NCBI GenBank assembly: GCA_017854795.1
Contig: JAFMHB010000001.1
Location: forward strand, 80,606-144,605
Reading direction: 5' to 3'
From: Candidatus Nanopelagicales bacterium
GTDB taxonomy: Bacteria; Actinomycetota; Actinomycetes; S36-B12
Length of the DNA stretch: 64,000 nt
Shown here: in pieces, positions 59,113 to 64,000 of the stretch
How the letters are laid out: each line of letters starts with the position of its first letter
How positions within the stretch are numbered: position 1 is the first letter of the stretch
The notes under the pieces: model-generated
The model's input: only the letters and a program-made list of their open reading frames with translations
What the model was told of the DNA's origin: nothing
Databases searched by the model: none
Program-made: the position numbers and the translations under genes

Positions 59113-59891
59113 AAATTGGACTGTCGACATCATCGGTTTTCCCCGAGTCAACCGCAGCCGCATTCGAACTTGCCGCCCTCAACGGATACGACGGAGTCGA
59201 AATAATGGTCGGGATGGACTCCATGAGCCAAGACTCAACCGCATTGAGAAACCTTGTCCAGCACTATCAACTCCCGATCATTTCCTTGCATTCCCCTTGC
59301 CTGCTGATCACTCAGCGAGTCTGGGGGACAAACCCGTGGGGCAAACTCGACAAAGCGCGCGAGGTTGCCGAGCTTGTCGGAGCAACGAGCGTTGTAGTGC
59401 ACCCGCCATTTCGTTGGCAGCGTGAATATGCCAAGAATTTTGAAAATGGAATAGCTGAACTTAATCGGAATTCCCAAGTTGGTTTCACGGTGGAAAATAT
59501 GTATCCGTGGCGTGCCGGCCCAGGATCATTCCCTGCTTATGCACCCGATTGGGACATCAGAAAACAGGATTATGAAAATGTTACTCTGGACTTTTCACAT
59601 ACGTCAGTGTCTCGAACCGATCCCATTGAGATGATGCAGGAGTTCGGGGATCGACTGCGACACATTCACTTGGCAGATGGAACCGATTCCGCGGCCGACG
59701 AGCATCTAGTGCCTGGCAGGGGCACACAGCCAGTTCGTGAAGCATTGGAATTTCTCAAACGAAACGGTTTCGACGGAAATATTATTGCTGAGATTTCGAC
59801 ACGCTCAGTAGTTGATCGCGATGAAAGGATCGCTGACATAAAGGCCAGTATTGATTTTGTGCGCGGGGTGTTCCCGCGCGGTGAGGAGTAA
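59109..59891 (+). CDS. Sugar phosphate isomerase/epimerase (xylose-isomerase-like TIM barrel, Rv0498-like)
   Basis: MKIGLSTSSVFPE...GYDGVEIM and the HLADG motif. ATGA overlap with the ATPase stop. Confidence 0.8.
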   Translation: MKIGLSTSSVFPESTAAAFELAALNGYDGVEIMVGMDSMSQDSTALRNLVQHYQLPIISLHSPCLLITQRVWGTNPWGKLDKAREVAELVGATSVVVHPPFRWQREYAKNFENGIAELNRNSQVGFTVENMYPWRAGPGSFPAYAPDWDIRKQDYENVTLDFSHTSVSRTDPIEMMQEFGDRLRHIHLADGTDSAADEHLVPGRGTQPVREALEFLKRNGFDGNIIAEISTRSVVDRDERIADIKASIDFVRGVFPRGEE

Positions 59892-59894
59892 GAA

Positions 59895-60503
59895 ATGTCG
59901 CAAGAACCAGCTCAAGAAGCGGGTGGAATCGTTGGGGTTGCGCGTTCCATGTTCCTCAATTCGGGTTATGCCCGAACGACAATCAAGTCGATCGCTGCGG
60001 CGGCAGGGGTCGCGCCAACCGTTGTCTCAAACCTGTACACGAATAAAGGGGCACTATTCGCCGCAGCGATGTCTTTCCCGAGTGATCCACAAAAAGCGAT
60101 TCCCGCACTGGTTGCACCAGGAATTCAGGGGATGGGCGAACGACTTGTGCGGGCAACACTGCAACTAGTCGCTGATCAGCAGGTGCGTGAAGATCTCGTC
60201 AAGGCGGCAAATGCGGGTCGTTCATTGAACTCGGGCATCGACATGTTCGCTGTAATCAAACCGCTTTCGGACTACTTCCAAAGTGCCGTTGTCGATCGGG
60301 CGTTGATTTTGATGGGGATCCCTGATGCGCGGATTAGAGGTGCATTGATTAGCTCCTATTTAACAGGTGTTATTGCCTATCGTTATTTCTTGAAAATTGA
60401 GCCATTGTCGAGTTTGTCTCAAGAGCAGGTGGTTGCACTTGTTTCTCCGATTGTTCAGGATCTACTTGACCCAACAAAACCGCTACCCGGTGGTGTGAAA
60501 TGA
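59895..60503 (+). CDS. TetR-family transcriptional regulator
   Basis: N-terminal HTH ARSMFLNSGYARTTIKSIAAAAGVAPTVVSNLYTNKGALF. 202 aa. Confidence 0.75.
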   Translation: MSQEPAQEAGGIVGVARSMFLNSGYARTTIKSIAAAAGVAPTVVSNLYTNKGALFAAAMSFPSDPQKAIPALVAPGIQGMGERLVRATLQLVADQQVREDLVKAANAGRSLNSGIDMFAVIKPLSDYFQSAVVDRALILMGIPDARIRGALISSYLTGVIAYRYFLKIEPLSSLSQEQVVALVSPIVQDLLDPTKPLPGGVK

Positions 60504-61291
60504 AGAAAATTGGTGTGATCGGTTCAGGCTCTATGGGTCAGGCACTGATTTCTGGATGGACAGAGTCAGGGGCCAGTGTTGTTGCAATTGTGCGCGACGT
60601 TGAAAAATATCGGCATCTGGAAAAATCGCTCGGTATTGATGTCACCGATAACCGAAGTGCCCTTTTGGAGTGCGATGTCGTGGTTATTGCTATTAAGCCT
60701 CAGATAATTAAAGAGGTACTTCACGAGTTTCAGTCCTATATCGCTGATCACGCACTTGTGATCTCTGTTGCGGTGGGTATTACTACCGAGTTCATCGGAA
60801 AATGTTTCCCCCAGACTGTGGAAATCGTGAAAGCCATGCCTAACACTCCTTCGCAAATTCACATGGGCGTGACCTGCATCAGTGGTGGTGAGAATTGTTC
60901 AGATAGTTCAATTGCGGTTGCGACCGAATTATTGAGCGCGGTCGGTGAGGTTTTTGTTGTCCCTGAATCCCAGCAAGCCGCGGTCGGTGCAGTTTCGGGA
61001 AGCGGTCCGGCTTACTTGTTTTTCCTTGCCCAGTATTTGCGGGAGGGCGCGCAGCAACTGGGCGTAGATGCCGATCTGGCTGATCAATTGATTCGGGCGA
61101 CGCTACGGGGATCGGCCGAGTTGCTCATGCAATCTGAAATGTCGGCCACTCAATTGCGTAAGCAGGTGACGTCACCGGGTGGAACTACCCAGGCCGCGAT
61201 GGAGGTACTTGATTCAGCACGGGTTGGTGAAGTCATTTGTGCGGCGCTAGAGGCAGGCGTCGCTCGTTCAATTGAGCTGGGCAAGAGCTGA
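60500..61291 (+). CDS. proC: Pyrroline-5-carboxylate reductase ProC
   Basis: Motifs IGVIGSGSMGQAL, AMPNTP, VTSPGGTT. 263 aa. Confidence 0.93.
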   Translation: MKKIGVIGSGSMGQALISGWTESGASVVAIVRDVEKYRHLEKSLGIDVTDNRSALLECDVVVIAIKPQIIKEVLHEFQSYIADHALVISVAVGITTEFIGKCFPQTVEIVKAMPNTPSQIHMGVTCISGGENCSDSSIAVATELLSAVGEVFVVPESQQAAVGAVSGSGPAYLFFLAQYLREGAQQLGVDADLADQLIRATLRGSAELLMQSEMSATQLRKQVTSPGGTTQAAMEVLDSARVGEVICAALEAGVARSIELGKS

Positions 61292-61301
61292 ATTCGTTTT
61301 T

Positions 61302-62498
61302 GTGAAACCTGATATTTACATCCCATGGGATGAAAAACTTGTGCACTACAACTTTGGGCAGGATCACCCGCTTGCCCCCATCCGTGTTGAGTTAGCCATG
61401 CGATTGGCCCAAGAACTTGGAGTCATTTCGAGGGAGAACCTTTTCGAACCGGTTATTCTCGCCACCAACGAACAACTATTGCGGGCTCATAGTGCCGACT
61501 ACATCGCAGCTGTCACCACGGCAGGAGCGAATCCGCAGCAGGCTGCGTTGGAATTTGGTCTGGGCACCAGTGATAACCCAGTCTTTGCTGGAATGCATGA
61601 AGCTTCGGCTCGTGTTTCGGGCGCCACGCTGATGGCGGCAAATGCAGTGTGGAACGGGGAAGCCAAACATGCGGTTAATCTGGCCGGTGGACTGCATCAC
61701 GCGCAACGGGCGAGTGCGTCAGGGTTTTGCATTTACAACGATATTGCGGTCGCGATCTACGACTTACTTGAACAGGGCGCGAAGCGAATCGCATATATCG
61801 ACATCGACGCCCACCACGGTGATGGAGTAGCAAATATTTTTTACGATGACCCGCGTGTGTTGACCATTTCGATACATGAGAGTCCTGCCACATTGTTTCC
61901 AGGAACCGGTTGGCCGTCTGAAACGGGCGGAACCGATGCGCCTGGCAGTTGTGTCAACATCGCGTTACCGGCCGGAACGGGGGATCAAGGATGGCTCAGG
62001 GCCTTTGTCTCGGTCGTACCGCAGGTAATCGATGTGTTTTCCCCCGAGATCATCTTTGGCCAAAATGGCGCAGATTCACATATTCACGACCCATTGACTC
62101 ATTTGGCTCTCAGTGTTGACGGCCAGCGTTGCGCCTACGAATTGATACATCAACTTTCCCACAGGCATGGGGGGAAACTGGTCGCGGTAGGCGGTGGAGG
62201 CTATGACGTTGCTGACGCGGTTCCTCGCAGTTGGGCTAATTTACTCGCGGTGGTGGCGGGCAGTGAGTTGGCAAAAGATGCTGCAATTCCTCATGATTAC
62301 CTGGAATATGTACAGAGTTCATTAGGCTCATTGGGTGTCCCGAGTGGGATAAGTTTCTCCGACGGCATGAAGCCGTGGGCTAAACCAATTGATCAAGGAT
62401 TCAATGATCGGGATCCGGTGGACGCTGCCATCATGGCGACCAGATCGGCTGCCTTCCCCAACTTTGGACTGGATCCGGAAGTAAATTCTTGGTTCTAG
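61302..62498 (+). CDS. Histone-deacetylase-family protein (AcuC/acetoin-utilisation-type deacetylase)
   Basis: Motifs GGLHHAQRASASGFCIYND and IDIDAHHGDGV. GTG 61302 was chosen to avoid overlap with proC. Confidence 0.87.
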   Translation: MKPDIYIPWDEKLVHYNFGQDHPLAPIRVELAMRLAQELGVISRENLFEPVILATNEQLLRAHSADYIAAVTTAGANPQQAALEFGLGTSDNPVFAGMHEASARVSGATLMAANAVWNGEAKHAVNLAGGLHHAQRASASGFCIYNDIAVAIYDLLEQGAKRIAYIDIDAHHGDGVANIFYDDPRVLTISIHESPATLFPGTGWPSETGGTDAPGSCVNIALPAGTGDQGWLRAFVSVVPQVIDVFSPEIIFGQNGADSHIHDPLTHLALSVDGQRCAYELIHQLSHRHGGKLVAVGGGGYDVADAVPRSWANLLAVVAGSELAKDAAIPHDYLEYVQSSLGSLGVPSGISFSDGMKPWAKPIDQGFNDRDPVDAAIMATRSAAFPNFGLDPEVNSWF

Positions 62499-62626
62499 CG
62501 TGTCCATTCAACTATTTTGAACATTTTCGGGTATCTGGTCGCGCCACGCCGGGACGACCGACTATTGTTCGATAGTCCTGATAAGGGGAGACTTTCAACA
62601 ACGCCTATCGAAAAATGGAGTACCGC

Positions 62627-62824
62627 ATGTCAACAGCAGCTTTTGGTGATGTTCGTTTCCTCACCGTGGCCGAAGTAGCCGGAGTAATGCGCGTCTCAAA
62701 GATGACGGTTTATCGTCTTGTACACAACGGTGAATTAACCGCCGTCCGGGTTGGTCGCTCATTCCGCGTCCCCGAGCAGGCAGTTCAGGATTACCTCCGC
62801 GATTCCTACATTGAAACCGCGTAA
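62627..62824 (+). CDS. Excisionase/MerR-like helix-turn-helix DNA-binding protein (Rv0500A-type)
   Basis: LTVAEVAGVMRVSKMTVYRLVHNGELTAVRVGRSFRV is nearly identical to my recollection of the mycobacterial Rv0500A family. Syntenic with proC. Confidence 0.85.
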   Translation: MSTAAFGDVRFLTVAEVAGVMRVSKMTVYRLVHNGELTAVRVGRSFRVPEQAVQDYLRDSYIETA

Positions 62825-62929
62825 AGGCATCCAAGTAGCCTCGCAACACAGGCAGTGAACGATCACAGATAGACTGCACTTCGCTTTACATGACATTTAC
62901 TTCACGTACTTCAAGTAAGGAAATTATTA

Positions 62930-63031
62930 ATGGGCTCAGTAATCAAAAAGCGTCGCAAGCGGATGGCTAAGAAGAAGCACCGCAAACTGCTGCGTCGCAC
63001 CCGAGTCCAGCGCAGAAACAAGAAGAAGTAG
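62930..63031 (+). CDS. Ribosomal protein bS22 (33 aa, Rv0500B-type). Below the size cutoff of the supplied ORF track.
   Basis: ATG 62930 follows AAGGAAA. Translation [33 protein letters not shown], stop TAG 63029-63031. Conserved position after the HTH gene. Confidence 0.8.
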   Translation: MGSVIKKRRKRMAKKKHRKLLRRTRVQRRNKKK

Positions 63032-63061
63032 TCGTCAGGCCCTTCCGCCCAGAAGTACGAC

Positions 63062-63820
63062 ATGGACAATCTCCCGAGTCATGCAGTTAGCGGCTCTACC
63101 CCTGTCCATCATAGATTTTTCGACCGGATTCTTGACCCGATCTACCGTGATTGGTTCCGGACCCAAGTAATTGGCTCGGAGAATATCCCGGAGCAGGGGC
63201 CGGCCCTGATCGTTGGCAATCACGCGGGAGCATTCGCAATTGATGCACTGATGGTTGTTCATGCTCTCGAAAAGAACTCATCGCGAGAATTGCACCTTCT
63301 CGGGGCGGACTTTCTTTTCCAAGACCCAATGCGTGAACTAATGGCGCACCTCAACGTGCATCCGGCAACTTTTGAGAGTGCCAATGAACTGTTACAGGCC
63401 GGATATCTGGTTGGGGTTTGGCCCGAAGGGGTTAACGGGGTGGGAAAAACAATTGAGCATCGGTATCAATTGCAGGAGTTTGGAAGAGCGGGATTTGCCA
63501 GGCTCGCCGCCATCAACGGTGTCCCGATAATTCCAACAGCGGTTATTGGAGCCGAAGAGGCATATCCACTCATGGCAAGAGTCGAGGGAATACTCGATTG
63601 GGCTGGCTTTCCTTATTTGCCGGTAACACCAACATTTCCTGCTTTGGGGCCGTTGGGGCTGATTCCATTTCCGAGTAGATGGACTATTTCATTTGGACTT
63701 CCAATAGCTCCACCGAAATCAGATAACGCCCTTGATGCATTTGCGTGTTCGGATCAGGTTCGTAGTGAACTCACCCAAACAATCCGTGAACTACTCTCAC
63801 AACGATCAAGTATTTTTTGA
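63062..63820 (+). CDS. Lysophospholipid (1-acyl-sn-glycerol-3-phosphate) acyltransferase family protein (Rv0502-like)
   Basis: Motifs GNHAGAFAIDA (acyltransferase motif-I-like), VWPEG, PIIPTAVIG. 252 aa. Confidence 0.78.
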   Translation: MDNLPSHAVSGSTPVHHRFFDRILDPIYRDWFRTQVIGSENIPEQGPALIVGNHAGAFAIDALMVVHALEKNSSRELHLLGADFLFQDPMRELMAHLNVHPATFESANELLQAGYLVGVWPEGVNGVGKTIEHRYQLQEFGRAGFARLAAINGVPIIPTAVIGAEEAYPLMARVEGILDWAGFPYLPVTPTFPALGPLGLIPFPSRWTISFGLPIAPPKSDNALDAFACSDQVRSELTQTIRELLSQRSSIF

Positions 63821-64000
63821 ACCGCGCGCGACACGTCCTAGCGCGTAACCCGCTGTGAGCCCTGCTGCAATGCCGGCCGCGGTAACTGCAGCGGGAATGG
63901 CATTTGCCCGCAATTGAGCCCGTCTTCTGAAGTCGCTGACTTCCCAGTCCATTTTCTTGGCGTAGGCGCGTAGTTCGGGATCGGGGTTAATAGCTGTCGG
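63806..64000 (-). CDS. 3' fragment of a gene entering from beyond the window (tail-anchored hypothetical protein)
   Basis: Minus-strand frame open from nt 64000: ...NPDPELRAYAKKMDWEVSDFRRRAQLRANAIPAAVTAAGIAAGLTAGYALGRVARGSKNT*. Stop TGA at 63806-63808. Overlaps the acyltransferase 3' end by 15 nt. Not in the ORF track. Confidence 0.35.
   Translation of the reverse strand, partial: PTAINPDPELRAYAKKMDWEVSDFRRRAQLRANAIPAAVTAAGIAAGLTAGYALGRVARGSKNT

Overview
This is a chromosomal segment from an actinobacterium with moderate GC (roughly 50-55% by eye). All calls come from reading the six-frame translations and the DNA for family motifs, start/stop context and gene order; no database search was possible. 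I support about 75 protein-coding genes. I recognised no rRNA, tRNA, CRISPR array, transposase or integrase.

Right half (30.3-64 kb): a conserved housekeeping backbone. Its gene order matches, from memory, the Mycobacterium tuberculosis Rv3628(ppa)-to-Rv3596c(clpC1) block: ppa, dacB, Zn-protease, tilS, hpt, ftsH, folE, folP/folB, folK, DUF3180, DUF2520, panC, coaX, lysS, clpC. This is followed by mutY, radA and a P-type ATPase. The 3' end matches the Rv0498-Rv0502 block: TIM-barrel isomerase, proC, an Rv0500A-type HTH, the 33-aa ribosomal protein bS22 (missed by the ORF track) and an acyltransferase.

Left half (1-30.3 kb): accessory redox and metal functions.
- A proline-racemase-family enzyme, a secreted ferritin-like protein and an MFS pump.
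- A PCuAC copper chaperone next to a Tat-exported DyP peroxidase.
- A divergent oxyR/katG pair.
- A ~17 kb supercluster joining molybdenum-cofactor biosynthesis (mocA, moaE, moaA, moaD, moeA, moaC, moaB) to a form-I aerobic CO dehydrogenase. The CODH part is coxM-coxS-coxL with the AYRCSFR signature, three XdhC/CoxF/CoxI paralogues, coxG, coxD and coxE.
- An SQR-TusE/DsrC-DsrE sulfur-relay operon.

Most interesting unexplained items:
1. Five tandem, translationally coupled small single-pass membrane proteins directly downstream of coxG.
2. Two unknown genes that finish the coxD-coxE operon: a 98-aa acidic protein and a 142-aa GIY-YIG-like protein.
3. An XdhC/CoxF-like protein fused to a YHS metal-binding domain.
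4. A two-gene insertion in the fol/pan backbone pairing a MidA/NDUFAF7-like methyltransferase with an orphan NuoD (complex I 49-kDa)-like protein. This recalls the mitochondrial NDUFAF7-NDUFS2 enzyme-substrate pair.
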